From assembly GCA_030748555.1 (NCBI GenBank), contig JASMLT010000001.1, positions 34,914 to 98,913 on the forward strand: a DNA stretch of 64,000 bases. The letters run 5' to 3'. Shown in pieces: positions 20,107 through 29,931 of this stretch (position 1 is the first letter of the stretch; every line of letters starts with the position of its first letter). The notes under the pieces are model-generated. The model made no database searches. It was given only the letters and a program-made list of their open reading frames with translations, and had not been told where the DNA came from. The DNA is from Acidimicrobiales bacterium. GTDB taxonomy: Bacteria; Actinomycetota; Acidimicrobiia; Acidimicrobiales; MedAcidi-G1. A program made the position numbers and the translations under genes.

Positions 20107-20811
20107 ATGAGCTCGTTTGAAGTTCGAAATGGCGAAGTAACTATTGTGGGCGAAACCAAAGGGACTGGACCTCATGTTGTTTGTATTACTGGTTGGGCTA
20201 ACAGTAGAGATGTCTGGTCAGGTTTAAGTGAAAATCTGTGTAAAGACCATCAGGTGACTACTTGGGACTTACGTGGTCATGGTGACAGTGGGACTCCTCC
20301 GCCAGGTAACTATGGCCGAGAAGAAGCGCTGAAAGATATCTCTGCGGTGCTTGATGAAGCTGAAAGGCCGTGTGTTCTAGTTGGACATAGTTTGGGTGGC
20401 TATCTTTCGCTTGCATATGCTTTAGAAAAGCCTGATGAGGTTACTGCTCTGGTTCTTGTAGCCTCCGGCCCGGGTTTCAGAAAAGCCGAAACCCGCGAAG
20501 AGTGGAACGAATCTGTTAGACAGGCCGCTGAAAACCTCGATCTTGCTGAAGGTGCAGAAGAGTTGTCTATGCATGTTGATTCGTATGTGATTGACCACTT
20601 AGATGAAATAAAGGCTCCTACTTTTCTAGTTTTAGGTGAACGTGATAAGCGTTTTGCAGCATCTGCAGCAGTTTTCGAAAAGTATCTCGATGTCAAAGGA
20701 ACTTTGATTGTTCCAGATGCCGGTCACATGGTGCATGTGAAGGCGTGTGATGAAGTGGCTGAAGCTGTTAGGGGTTTCGTTTCAAGTCTTGATCTAGAAG
20801 GCAATGGCTAA
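20107..20811 (+). CDS. Alpha/beta-fold hydrolase
   Basis: DLRGHG, GHSLGG, GERD, AGHM. Confidence 0.85.
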   Translation: MSSFEVRNGEVTIVGETKGTGPHVVCITGWANSRDVWSGLSENLCKDHQVTTWDLRGHGDSGTPPPGNYGREEALKDISAVLDEAERPCVLVGHSLGGYLSLAYALEKPDEVTALVLVASGPGFRKAETREEWNESVRQAAENLDLAEGAEELSMHVDSYVIDHLDEIKAPTFLVLGERDKRFAASAAVFEKYLDVKGTLIVPDAGHMVHVKACDEVAEAVRGFVSSLDLEGNG

Positions 20812-21685
20812 ATCTGATCCCATAGCGAATCTGATTGAATTATCAGGTGGCTCTTTCCTGATGGGCAACGAACTAGATGCTTATCCTGCAGATGGTGAAG
20901 GACCTGTAAGGGAAGTCTCTTTGTCTTCTTTTTCAATTTCCTCTACTGCCGTAAGTAATGCCGAATTTGCAGCTTTTGTTGCTGCTACAGGCTATGTGAC
21001 AACTGCGGAACAAAGTGTGAATGGTGAACCTCCTTGGTCTTTTGTTTTTGCAGGTTTACTTCCCGATGATTTTCCACCAACTAGGGGTGTTTTGGGAGCA
21101 GAGTGGTGGCGACAAGTTGAAGGTGCCGACTGGTTGCACCCTGAAGGTCCTGAATCCGAGTTGGAACCCGGATGCTCTAAATGGGAGCATCCTGTTGTTC
21201 ACGTTTCATGGTTTGATGCAAAAGCCTTTGCCGAATGGGCTGATTGTCGTCTGCCGACTGAAGCCGAGTGGGAGTTCGCTGCTCGTGGCGGACTTAATCA
21301 GAAAAAATTTCCTTGGGGTGATGAAAGCAGACCTAATGGTGACTTTATGTGCAATATTTTTACTGGTTCTTTTCCTGACAAAAACGACGCTGAAGATGGT
21401 TGGGTTGGAACTTGTCCTGTCGATGCTTTTACCTCTAATAATTTTGGTCTTCATAACTGTTCAGGGAACGTTTGGGAGTGGTGCGATGACTGGTTTACTG
21501 CACGTCATGAATCAGACGAGCCAATCAGAGACCCGAAGGGTCCTTCAATGGGTTTAGACAGGGTAGTAAAAGGTGGTTCGTATCTTTGCCATGATAGTTA
21601 CTGCAACAGGTACCGCCTAGGTGCGAGAATGGGTTTGCTGCCGGATAGTTCTTTAGGACATCAAGGGTTTCGAATAGCGCGTTAG
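20804..21685 (+). CDS. Formylglycine-generating enzyme (SUMF1/FGE)
   Basis: HPVVHVSW, RLPTEAEWE, GNVWEW, KGGSYLCHDSYCNRYR with both catalytic cysteines, GFR. Confidence 0.92.
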   Translation: MAKSDPIANLIELSGGSFLMGNELDAYPADGEGPVREVSLSSFSISSTAVSNAEFAAFVAATGYVTTAEQSVNGEPPWSFVFAGLLPDDFPPTRGVLGAEWWRQVEGADWLHPEGPESELEPGCSKWEHPVVHVSWFDAKAFAEWADCRLPTEAEWEFAARGGLNQKKFPWGDESRPNGDFMCNIFTGSFPDKNDAEDGWVGTCPVDAFTSNNFGLHNCSGNVWEWCDDWFTARHESDEPIRDPKGPSMGLDRVVKGGSYLCHDSYCNRYRLGARMGLLPDSSLGHQGFRIAR

Positions 21686-21713
21686 ATAAATACTTGGGCT
21701 CTACGCTTTATAT

Positions 21714-22916
21714 ATGGGTTTAAGAAGTGAAATCAATCGCGATGTAATTACCGCGATTCCTGATGAGTTCAAAAAACCTAGTATTGGGCCAATCGAGATT
21801 TGGCCTCCAGTTGTTTTAGCCCCGATGGCAGGCGTTACTAATGCTCCGTTTCGTAAGCTGTGCCGAAAATTTGGTGCTGGTTTATATGTGAGTGAGATGA
21901 TCACTGCTCGAGGGTTGTTAGAGGGTCATTCTAAAACTGAGAGACTGAGCGGTTTCGCTGAAGGCGAAACACCTAGAAGCATCCAGTTGTATGGAACTGA
22001 GCCGAAGAGTATTGCTGCTGCTACTGCCATGTTGGTGGGTGAAGGTCGGGTAGATCATATTGATATGAACTTTGGCTGTCCAATGCCTAAAGTGACACGA
22101 CGTGGAGGTGGAGCTGCCCTTCCGCTGAAACCTAAACTTTTTGAGTCGATTGTTTCTTCCGTGGTTAAAGCTGCCGGTTCTGTTCCTGTGACTGTGAAAT
22201 TCCGTAAAGGTACAGATGAAGATCACCTGACTTACTTTGAGGCTGGTCTTATAGCAGAATCTGTGGGGGCTTCGGCTTTAGCTTTGCATGCTAGAACAGC
22301 GGAACAATTGTATTCGGGTCAAGCCGACTGGGATGCTATTGCACGTTTGAAAGAAACTATTGTGTCTATCCCCGTATTTGGTAATGGCGATATTTGGGAA
22401 CCTTGGGATGCACTGCGCATGATGCGCTCAACTGGATGCGATGGGGTCGTAGTCGGTCGTGGCTGTCTGGGCAGACCTTGGCTGTTCGGACAGTTAGCTT
22501 CGGTTTTCGGTTCTGATCCTTCTTCAGGAGGTTCAGAACCTGACAATCCCCCACTGTTAGGTGGAGTTGCTGACACAATGATCCAGCATGCACAAATGTT
22601 GGTTGATTGGACCGGTCCTCATGGAATTAGAGACTTTCGGAAACATACTTCTTGGTATTTGAAGGGATACCAGACTGGACCTGCTGCAAGACGTTCGCTT
22701 CAAATGGTTGAAGACATGGACAATCTAAAAGAACTGCTAAGCGATCTTCTGTCGACTATTGGAGCTGACAGAGAATTTGACCCTTCTGCTCTGAGGCTTC
22801 CTAGGAGTCACCGAAACGGTCCAAAGCCTGTGGTTTTACCCGCTGGCTGGCTAGATGATCCTTCTGATTTGACCCCTCTTCATATTGAAGCTGAGGCTCT
22901 TGTTTCAGGAGGTTGA
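21714..22916 (+). CDS. dusB: tRNA dihydrouridine synthase DusB
   Basis: LAPMAGVT, DMNFGCP, LHART, GNGDI, VGRG; start position uncertain. Confidence 0.92.
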   Translation: MGLRSEINRDVITAIPDEFKKPSIGPIEIWPPVVLAPMAGVTNAPFRKLCRKFGAGLYVSEMITARGLLEGHSKTERLSGFAEGETPRSIQLYGTEPKSIAAATAMLVGEGRVDHIDMNFGCPMPKVTRRGGGAALPLKPKLFESIVSSVVKAAGSVPVTVKFRKGTDEDHLTYFEAGLIAESVGASALALHARTAEQLYSGQADWDAIARLKETIVSIPVFGNGDIWEPWDALRMMRSTGCDGVVVGRGCLGRPWLFGQLASVFGSDPSSGGSEPDNPPLLGGVADTMIQHAQMLVDWTGPHGIRDFRKHTSWYLKGYQTGPAARRSLQMVEDMDNLKELLSDLLSTIGADREFDPSALRLPRSHRNGPKPVVLPAGWLDDPSDLTPLHIEAEALVSGG

Positions 22917-22919
22917 AAG

Positions 22920-23498
22920 TTGACTGGGACACAAGGCAGATTAATTCTTGCTTCAGGGTCTCCCCAAAGATTTTCTCTTCTTGTTGAGGCTGGATTCGAG
23001 CTTGAAGTTCGCATACCTGATGTAGATGAATCAATTCAGACAGGTGAGTCAGCTAGGTCTCTAGTAGAACGTTTAGCAATCAAGAAACTTGATGCTGTAA
23101 TAAATGTTGGTGAATGTGGTCTTGCCGCAGACACGGTGGTTTCGATAAATGATGAAATTTTAGGTAAACCCGGAACACCCGAAATCGCTTTAGAAATGCT
23201 ACAAACCCTTTCAGGGAAAACTCATGAAGTGGTAACCGGTGTCGCTCTGAGTGGATCTAAAGGTCGTCGATCTTTGATAGTTGCTACCCAGGTCAAATGG
23301 AGAGAACTCACAAAAGAAGAGATCGTTAGTTATATACAGACTGGTGAACCATTGGATAAAGCTGGTGGTTACGGGATCCAAGGCGGTGGTAAGGACTTTG
23401 TAGTTTCCTTTGAAGGAAGTTTCGACAACATTGTTGGACTTCCAGTTGATGAAGTTATTTCGTGTTTAAGCGAATTGGGTTGTGACTGCTCGAAGTAG
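22920..23498 (+). CDS. maf: Maf-family nucleoside triphosphate pyrophosphatase
   Basis: LILASGSPQR, ADTVV, ILGKP, DKAGGYGIQG, NIVGLP. Confidence 0.93.
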   Translation: MTGTQGRLILASGSPQRFSLLVEAGFELEVRIPDVDESIQTGESARSLVERLAIKKLDAVINVGECGLAADTVVSINDEILGKPGTPEIALEMLQTLSGKTHEVVTGVALSGSKGRRSLIVATQVKWRELTKEEIVSYIQTGEPLDKAGGYGIQGGGKDFVVSFEGSFDNIVGLPVDEVISCLSELGCDCSK

Positions 23499-23501
23499 TT
23501 T

Positions 23502-24275
23502 TTAAAGTTTCGGTGGTTCGAGACGGTGATCGGTGGTCAGAAACTTTTGAGCTCCAAATAGAACGACTATCAGACCTGTTATTGCTGCGGAACCGAGTAT
23601 GAGGAAAAGTATTACTGCTTGCATCAACGCGGCTTCCAGAGGGTCCACTCCTGCGAGTATCAGTCCTGTAAGTATCCCCGGAAGGAAAATTATCCCCACG
23701 GTTCTTGTTGTCTCAATCTGAGGGATCAAAGACAATTTGAGTGTTTCTGAGACGGTTCTTTGAACAGCTTTGTGACGTGTGAACCCAAGTGAAAGCATGG
23801 CTTCTATCTCAAGCTGGGAGTCGCGTATAGCGTCAACAAGTCGTGTGGCTGCGACCACAACAACTCTCAGTGAATTGCCAACTATCATCCCTGCAATTGG
23901 AACCAATACACGAGACTCAAGAGGAAGAATTTGTAAAGCAAAAAGAACAGAAAGGCTGATTCCCAACCCGAGCAGGTACCCCGACGCTGTCGTCCATACA
24001 AGACATGGGAGGCGCTGTTCACGCCTAGAGGCAGAAATAGCTGCGAATGGAATCATTGCCGCAACCCATAACCATGCCCAAATTATTGATGTTTCATCCT
24101 TCAAGATGAGAGTCAAAGCCCAGCCCGCTATCACTAACTGTCCGATAGATCTTCCAGATGCGATCGTTAAATCACGTTCAAGTCTTAGTCTAAGAAAAAG
24201 TGATATTCCAACAGTAATGAACACCATCGTTAAAGAGGCAACCAGACCCCACCATCCGACTGTTACTTCTCGCAT
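23502..24275 (-). CDS. FetB/UPF0014-family ABC permease (putative iron export)
   Basis: Multi-TM protein; R..GQL..GW, PIAGMIVGNS, IEAMLSLG, VGIIFLPG.LTG.ILAG.DP..A...Q. Confidence 0.85.
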   Translation of the reverse strand: MREVTVGWWGLVASLTMVFITVGISLFLRLRLERDLTIASGRSIGQLVIAGWALTLILKDETSIIWAWLWVAAMIPFAAISASRREQRLPCLVWTTASGYLLGLGISLSVLFALQILPLESRVLVPIAGMIVGNSLRVVVVAATRLVDAIRDSQLEIEAMLSLGFTRHKAVQRTVSETLKLSLIPQIETTRTVGIIFLPGILTGLILAGVDPLEAALMQAVILFLILGSAAITGLIVVLFGAQKFLTTDHRLEPPKL

Positions 24276-24326
24276 GCCTAGACGGTAACTATGGTTTTAG
24301 GTTTCCACAGAAAATTTTTTAGCTTG

Positions 24327-24345
24327 GTAGGTATACCTAACAAAA
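24327..24345. promoter_or_regulatory. Putative DtxR/IdeR box between divergent fetB-like and fbpC-like genes
   Basis: GTAGGTATACCTAACAAAA with perfect core palindrome TAGGTATACCTA; 13/19 match to the DtxR consensus TTAGGTTAGCCTAACCTAA. Confidence 0.6.
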
Positions 24346-24374
24346 AAAGAAATTCGATACTAGTCTTATCCATA

Positions 24375-25403
24375 ATGAATGAAGATAATAAACCAGGTGA
24401 GGTTGTAATTGAGGGGCTTTCAAAATCTTTTGATCAAACAACTGTTCTTGAAGAAATTGATTTAAGAGTAAAAAGAACAGAAACTCTTTCGCTACTGGGA
24501 CCAAGTGGATGCGGGAAAACAACTCTTTTACGCACAATCGCCGGATTAGAACAACCCGAAAAAGGCCAAATTTCGGTCAGTGGAAGGGTGGTTTTTAGTG
24601 AAACAATTTCGGTTCCACCGGAAAAACGGAAAATTGGTATGGTCTTCCAGGACGCTGCCCTTTTCCCCCATATGAGCATCAGCGAAAATATTGGATATGG
24701 AATTAGAAAAAAGATTTCGAAAGAAAAAAAAGTTGCGGAGTTACTAGAATTTGTTGGACTTTCTGGCTTCGGAGACCGTCGTCCCCATACTCTTTCCGGC
24801 GGTCAAAAACAGCGCGTCGCTCTAGCAAGAGCATTAGCACCAGAACCTTCCGTTTTACTACTTGATGAACCGTTTTCAAATTTAGATAGCACCTTGAGGG
24901 TAGAAATCCGCAGTGAAGTTAATCAACTTCTTACGAGTCTAGAAATTACTACTATCTTCGTTACCCACGATCAAGATGAAGCTTTTGTTCTGGGAAATCG
25001 AGTGGCTGTGATGCGAGAGGGTCGATTGATGCAAATAGACCCTCCACATGACTTATACCGTCAACCTGTGGATAGCTGGGTTGCAGGTTTTGTAGGCGAC
25101 GCAAATATTTTTCCCTTTAAAAAATCTGTAAACAGTGTGTGCTCCACACCCATTGGAGAAATACCTGTTCTTAAAGTTACTGATAATCCCTCTGGAGTTC
25201 TTATTAGACCAGAAGAGCTAAAAATCTCTGAAGGTAATGATGGCATTGTCGAAATAGTCGAATACTACGGCCACGATGCAATGGTTCTAATTCGACTTAA
25301 GGATGGAACTTTAATCAAAGCTAGAACTCCGGCAGGCTCTAATTGCCAAAGAGGGGATCAAGTTAGCGTTTCATATGTGGGAATGGGTGCAGCACTTCTT
25401 TAG
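24375..25403 (+). CDS. Fe(III) ABC transporter ATP-binding protein (FbpC/FutC-like)
   Basis: GPSGCGKT, LSGGQ, LLLDEP, VTHD, TOBE tail. Likely start ATG 24375 after -10 TAGTCT; the ORF track starts at 24291. Confidence 0.88.
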   Translation: MNEDNKPGEVVIEGLSKSFDQTTVLEEIDLRVKRTETLSLLGPSGCGKTTLLRTIAGLEQPEKGQISVSGRVVFSETISVPPEKRKIGMVFQDAALFPHMSISENIGYGIRKKISKEKKVAELLEFVGLSGFGDRRPHTLSGGQKQRVALARALAPEPSVLLLDEPFSNLDSTLRVEIRSEVNQLLTSLEITTIFVTHDQDEAFVLGNRVAVMREGRLMQIDPPHDLYRQPVDSWVAGFVGDANIFPFKKSVNSVCSTPIGEIPVLKVTDNPSGVLIRPEELKISEGNDGIVEIVEYYGHDAMVLIRLKDGTLIKARTPAGSNCQRGDQVSVSYVGMGAALL

Positions 25404-25468
25404 GTTGGAAAAACCTGTAAAGATTGTTAGGTTTGCCTAACATAAAATATTAGGTTTGCCTAACATCC
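25400..25468 (+). promoter_or_regulatory. Tandem DtxR/IdeR boxes upstream of the iron-binding protein gene
   Basis: TTAGGTTTGCCTAACATAA (25427-25445, 17/19 to consensus), TTAGGTTTGCCTAACATCC (25450-25468, 15/19) and a weaker TTAGGTTGGAAAAACCTGT (25400-25418, 13/19). Confidence 0.85.
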
Positions 25469-25471
25469 ACT

Positions 25472-26500
25472 TTGGAGGAGAAATTGAAAATCAAAAAAAT
25501 ACTTACAGCTATATTGGCAATTGCGATACTGGCTACACCTTCATGCGGGAGTGATGGAGATTCTAAAACCCTTACTGTCTATTCTGGACGTAGCGAAAAA
25601 CTCGTTGGTCCCATTTTTTCGGATTTTGAAGCCACTACTGGGATAAATCTAGAGATTAAATACGGATCTTCAAATGACTTAGCTTTAGCTATTTCAACTG
25701 AAGGGGACAAAACCCAAGCTGACGTATTCCTTTCCAGAAGTCCTGGACCCACCGGCTATCTGGCAGACCTAGACATGTTGGCAAACCTTGACAAAACTGT
25801 CTTAGAACGTGTACCTGTTGATCGTCGCTCACCTAATAATGATTGGGTTGGTTTTGCAGGAAGAGCGAGAGTTCTTGTTTACAACACTGATGAAATTGCG
25901 ACTGTTGACTTGCCGCAATCAGTCTTCGATTTAACCGATCCACTCTATAAAGGATTAGTGGCAATACCCGGTTCAAATTCATCATTCCAAGATTGGTTTA
26001 CTGTTTTCCGTCTTAGGAATGGTGATGACGTAGCTGTCAAATGGCTAAATGACATGGTTGCAAATGGGGCGCGTTTTTATCCTAAAAATAGAGCAATCGT
26101 TGAGGCAGTTAGCCGCAATGAAGTCACATTCGGACTGGTGAACCACTATTACAACTATCAGGAGGTTGCATCTAATGGTGATGCACAACGCTCAGCAAAT
26201 CATGCTTTTGCATCTGGTGATGATGGAGGGCTTATGATTATGGCTACAGCAGCCATCCTCGACAGAAGCAAAAACTACGATTCTGCCAATAAATTAATTG
26301 CTCACTTGCTATCTAATGGGCAACAACGATACCTGACCGACTCTGTATACGAATATCCACTTGCTATCGGCGTGGAGCCCAGCTCGGTTCTCCCACCCAC
26401 CCCTATTGATTCGGTTGGTGCTGTCGATATAAACGATATGGCTGCAGAGTTTCGTCGCACTATAGAAATAATCGAAGTCAGTGGAATTCTAGATCAATAG
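25472..26500 (+). CDS. Fe(III) ABC transporter substrate-binding lipoprotein (FbpA/FutA-like)
   Basis: Lipobox-like TPSC, LTVYSGR, ADVF, RARVLVYN, LVNHYY tandem Tyr ligands, EYP. Confidence 0.9.
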   Translation: MEEKLKIKKILTAILAIAILATPSCGSDGDSKTLTVYSGRSEKLVGPIFSDFEATTGINLEIKYGSSNDLALAISTEGDKTQADVFLSRSPGPTGYLADLDMLANLDKTVLERVPVDRRSPNNDWVGFAGRARVLVYNTDEIATVDLPQSVFDLTDPLYKGLVAIPGSNSSFQDWFTVFRLRNGDDVAVKWLNDMVANGARFYPKNRAIVEAVSRNEVTFGLVNHYYNYQEVASNGDAQRSANHAFASGDDGGLMIMATAAILDRSKNYDSANKLIAHLLSNGQQRYLTDSVYEYPLAIGVEPSSVLPPTPIDSVGAVDINDMAAEFRRTIEIIEVSGILDQ

Positions 26501-26506
26501 GAACAA

Positions 26507-28114
26507 ATGACCATTACAGCCGCTCCACGTCCGGAGAAAACTTCCCCCGCGATGAGTGGTATGGCTGTAATGGTCGCTGTTTGCTTTGCCCTACCCGGCT
26601 TTTATGTAATTTGGAGATTTCTAAATAGTAGCAGTCGATCTATAGATCTTATTTTCGAACGAAGAGCTATAGAACCCCTATGGAGAACTGTGCAACTTGC
26701 AGTTCTTGTATCAATTTCTTCGGCAATACTAGGAACCTTTCTTGCATGGGCATGCATCAAAACTGATATCCCGTGGAGCCGGTTCTGGAAAATCGTAGTG
26801 CCTCTTCCTCTAGTATTTCCAAGTTTCGTGGGAGCGGCATCGCTATTATCAGGATTGACTCCTGGTGGAATACTGCATGATCTCTTATCTTTTTTCGGAA
26901 TCGAACTTTCTTTTCGACTTCAAGGATTGACAGGCTCTTGGTTCGTGTTAACTCTTTTTACCTACCCTTACGTTTACCTTCCCGTCGCCGGACGCATAAT
27001 GAAGCTCCCAACTTCTTTAGAAGAGAGTGCTCGAGTCCTAGGCAATAAATCTGGTAAAGCTTTTTTTCGCATTATTACTCCGCAATTAATGCCTTCAATA
27101 CTTGCTGGCTCCCTGCTCGTATTTCTATATACCTTAAGCGACTTCGGAGCTGTGCATCTCATGAGATATGAAACCCTTACGCAAACAATTTTTCGTACCA
27201 GGCTTTTCGATCAAGAAAGATCCTTCGCTATGGCATTGATCTTGCTGATACTTGCTTTTGTTGTAATAACAGCAGAGAGAAAAATCTCTCGAAAAGCCAC
27301 AGTATTTCCCAGTGTTGTTGACCGTCCATCTATGATTATCTCGCTTGGAAAATGGCGCTGGCCAGCAGTTACAGTTTGTTTCTTAGTGGTCGGCCTCGCT
27401 CTGATTTCTCCTCTGGTTTCTATGGCTGATTGGGGTTTAATAAGTCAAATAAGTGGGCGATCTACTAGAGAGTTGCAACTTAATTGGGATTCAATAATTA
27501 ACCCTGTCTGGTCTACACTATGGGTCAGTGTTGCAACTGCTCTAATAGCAGTTGCAGTCTTGCTTCCAGTTGCATATCTTCAAACTCGATATAAGTCTCC
27601 CATAGGTGATGCCACTAATGCCTTAATTGTCACCGGTTTTGCAATTCCCGGATTGGTAATAGCACTTTCGCTGATCTTCTGGACGTTGCATGCTTCACCA
27701 TTTGATTTCCTCATTGGATCATTGCCATTACTGATTTTTGCTTACATTGTCCACTTCGGTGCGCAGGCTCTGAGAACTTCTCAAATTGCAGTTAGTTCAG
27801 TTCCTCCTCCCTTGGAAGACGCTGCCCGTCTTTTAGGTGCTAAGAAAATTCGCAAATTAACCACTGTGGATATTCCAATTATGGCTCCGGGACTTGCAGC
27901 TGGAGCCGGACTGGTAATGCTTTCCACGATGAAAGAACTGCCAGCCACTCTTTTAGCTTCGCCAATAGGTTTTCGGACTCTTGCAGTGGAAATTTGGGAC
28001 ACATATGAAGCCTCTTACCTAGCTGAAACTGCCATTTTGTCACTAATTCTGGTAACACTGAGCGGTATTCTAAGCTGGGGGCTGATTGTTCGCCGAAACA
28101 GTATTTCTACCTGA
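26507..28114 (+). CDS. Fe(III) ABC transporter permease (FbpB/FutB-like)
   Basis: Two fused TM domains with LEESAR and LEDAAR EAA loops, YPYVYL, SDFGAV, KELPAT. Confidence 0.9.
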   Translation: MTITAAPRPEKTSPAMSGMAVMVAVCFALPGFYVIWRFLNSSSRSIDLIFERRAIEPLWRTVQLAVLVSISSAILGTFLAWACIKTDIPWSRFWKIVVPLPLVFPSFVGAASLLSGLTPGGILHDLLSFFGIELSFRLQGLTGSWFVLTLFTYPYVYLPVAGRIMKLPTSLEESARVLGNKSGKAFFRIITPQLMPSILAGSLLVFLYTLSDFGAVHLMRYETLTQTIFRTRLFDQERSFAMALILLILAFVVITAERKISRKATVFPSVVDRPSMIISLGKWRWPAVTVCFLVVGLALISPLVSMADWGLISQISGRSTRELQLNWDSIINPVWSTLWVSVATALIAVAVLLPVAYLQTRYKSPIGDATNALIVTGFAIPGLVIALSLIFWTLHASPFDFLIGSLPLLIFAYIVHFGAQALRTSQIAVSSVPPPLEDAARLLGAKKIRKLTTVDIPIMAPGLAAGAGLVMLSTMKELPATLLASPIGFRTLAVEIWDTYEASYLAETAILSLILVTLSGILSWGLIVRRNSIST

Positions 28115-28116
28115 CT

Positions 28117-28788
28117 CTAAAGTGAAGTAACTAAAATACGTTCCGAAGCGAACAAATCAATTTCTAAATTCTTTCCATTGATTTCTACTTTTCTAATCCC
28201 CGCAGGTGTTATGCCTTTTATCTGAGCTTCACTTCCTGGCTTTAATTCTGCTTTTTCAAAATACTCCAATAGGCCATCTGCAAATTCAAGTTCTTCTGTA
28301 ATCCTCTCGACAACAAAGGATTCTCCATCAGCTAAATTACTCAAAACGACCGCATCTTCTGGAGCTCTATAATTAGACCCTGGGATTGGATTTCCATGGG
28401 GACATGTAGTTGGATCATCAAGAATTTTTCTCATCGCTTCCTCTACAGAACCTGAAATAATGTGTTCCCATTTGCCAGCTTCATGATGTGCTTCAGTCCA
28501 AGACAGACCTAAAACATCAGTTAAAAAACATTCCGCCAGTCTGTGGCGACGGACTACCTGTGTTGCCAAGTCTGTACCTTTCGAAGTCAACTTGATCTGT
28601 CCTGCAGCCAATTTAACTAATCCAACGTCGACCATACGATGAATCATTTCCGAAACTGAAGGGGGTGCAACTCCTAGACGTTCCGCAATTCGTGCTTGTT
28701 TTACTTGAACCCCGTCCTCCGCTAATTCAAATATAGTTTCACAATATTCCTCAAAAGCAGGATGGTGTTCAGGCGGCTGGAATGTCAC
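28117..28788 (-). CDS. DtxR/IdeR-family metal-dependent repressor with FeoA/SH3 domain
   Basis: EEYCETI, ARIAERLGV.PPSVSEM, RRHRLAE, HHEAGKWEH, CPHGNPIPG. Confidence 0.93.
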   Translation of the reverse strand: MTFQPPEHHPAFEEYCETIFELAEDGVQVKQARIAERLGVAPPSVSEMIHRMVDVGLVKLAAGQIKLTSKGTDLATQVVRRHRLAECFLTDVLGLSWTEAHHEAGKWEHIISGSVEEAMRKILDDPTTCPHGNPIPGSNYRAPEDAVVLSNLADGESFVVERITEELEFADGLLEYFEKAELKPGSEAQIKGITPAGIRKVEINGKNLEIDLFASERILVTSL

Positions 28789-28815
28789 AACTCTAGACTA
28801 CATGCAAGTTTCTCT

Positions 28816-29823
28816 TTAGTCGAAAACTGCACCGGTTAGTTGTTCGCTTAGTTCCCAAAGTTTTTCAGCGGCCTCATCATCCAGAATATGACTAGCCATG
28901 CTGCACGATCCTGGTGAACTATCTTCAGATTCAAGCGGAACGCCTAATTGGCAGTCAGCTAGATAATGCCCTCCTTGCTCTTCGAGCGTACTCTCCACGC
29001 AAGCCCAAACCGTTGTGGCAGCTCCCGCTTCAACCGTTTTAGGACTCATCATGTCGTTGCTATCTGTTGATTCCTCATCTGCTTTGATCTGTGATTTACG
29101 TCTTTCTATCAGACTCGCCATATCTTCTTCCGTCATGTGTCTTCCCAATTCAGTGAAAATCATTCCCGGGTGAACTGAAAAAGCATGGATTCCTTTCTCC
29201 GCATAGCGTCGATCAAACTCTCTGGCAAACAGGGCGTTAGCTGATTTTGACTGCCCGTAGCTGTCCCATCCGTCATAATCACGTCTTTCAAACATTGGGT
29301 CATCTAAATTCACGCCGCAAATAAGATGCGCTCCAGAAGATAAACACACAACCCTTGAAGATTCTTTTTTCTCCAATGCTGGCATCAGTAATCCGGTAAA
29401 TAGATGGTGCCCTAAGTGGTTGACACCAAGCTGTTGCTCAAAACCGTCTGTCGTATGACCAAATGGAGTACACATTATTCCCGCGTTGTTCACTAAAAGG
29501 TCCAGACTTTCATTCTTGCTGAGAAATTCTTCGGCGGAAGACCTGACATCGTTTAAAGACGCCAAGTTGAGTTCATGTAGGTCGAGTTTTGCTTCAGAAT
29601 TGCTCGCGAGGATTCTTTCTTTAGCTTCAGAATTTTTTGTATTGTCTCTTGCCGCCATAATGACTGATGCACCAGCCGCTGCTAGAGCACGCGCTGTTTC
29701 TTCACCTAATCCACCGGAAGCCCCCGTAACTAGAACTTTCTTACCAGATAAATCAACACCTTCTAAAATTTCATTTGTTGTCGTGTCTTTATTCCATTTA
29801 CTCAAAACTTTCCTCCTTAACAA
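28816..29823 (-). CDS. Short-chain dehydrogenase (retinol dehydrogenase/WWOX-like)
   Basis: TGASGGLG, NNAGIM, NHLGH, YGQSK, VHPG; true start probably a few codons downstream. Confidence 0.88.
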   Translation of the reverse strand: MLRRKVLSKWNKDTTTNEILEGVDLSGKKVLVTGASGGLGEETARALAAAGASVIMAARDNTKNSEAKERILASNSEAKLDLHELNLASLNDVRSSAEEFLSKNESLDLLVNNAGIMCTPFGHTTDGFEQQLGVNHLGHHLFTGLLMPALEKKESSRVVCLSSGAHLICGVNLDDPMFERRDYDGWDSYGQSKSANALFAREFDRRYAEKGIHAFSVHPGMIFTELGRHMTEEDMASLIERRKSQIKADEESTDSNDMMSPKTVEAGAATTVWACVESTLEEQGGHYLADCQLGVPLESEDSSPGSCSMASHILDDEAAEKLWELSEQLTGAVFD

Positions 29824-29931
29824 TCAATAATCTAGATCCAGAAAGACCGTTTCTAATGATTGGGCTGAAGCAAATAGTCAATGGCATAATTTTTCAGGCA
29901 AACTTAAATACGGCGTATACGAGGAGAATGA

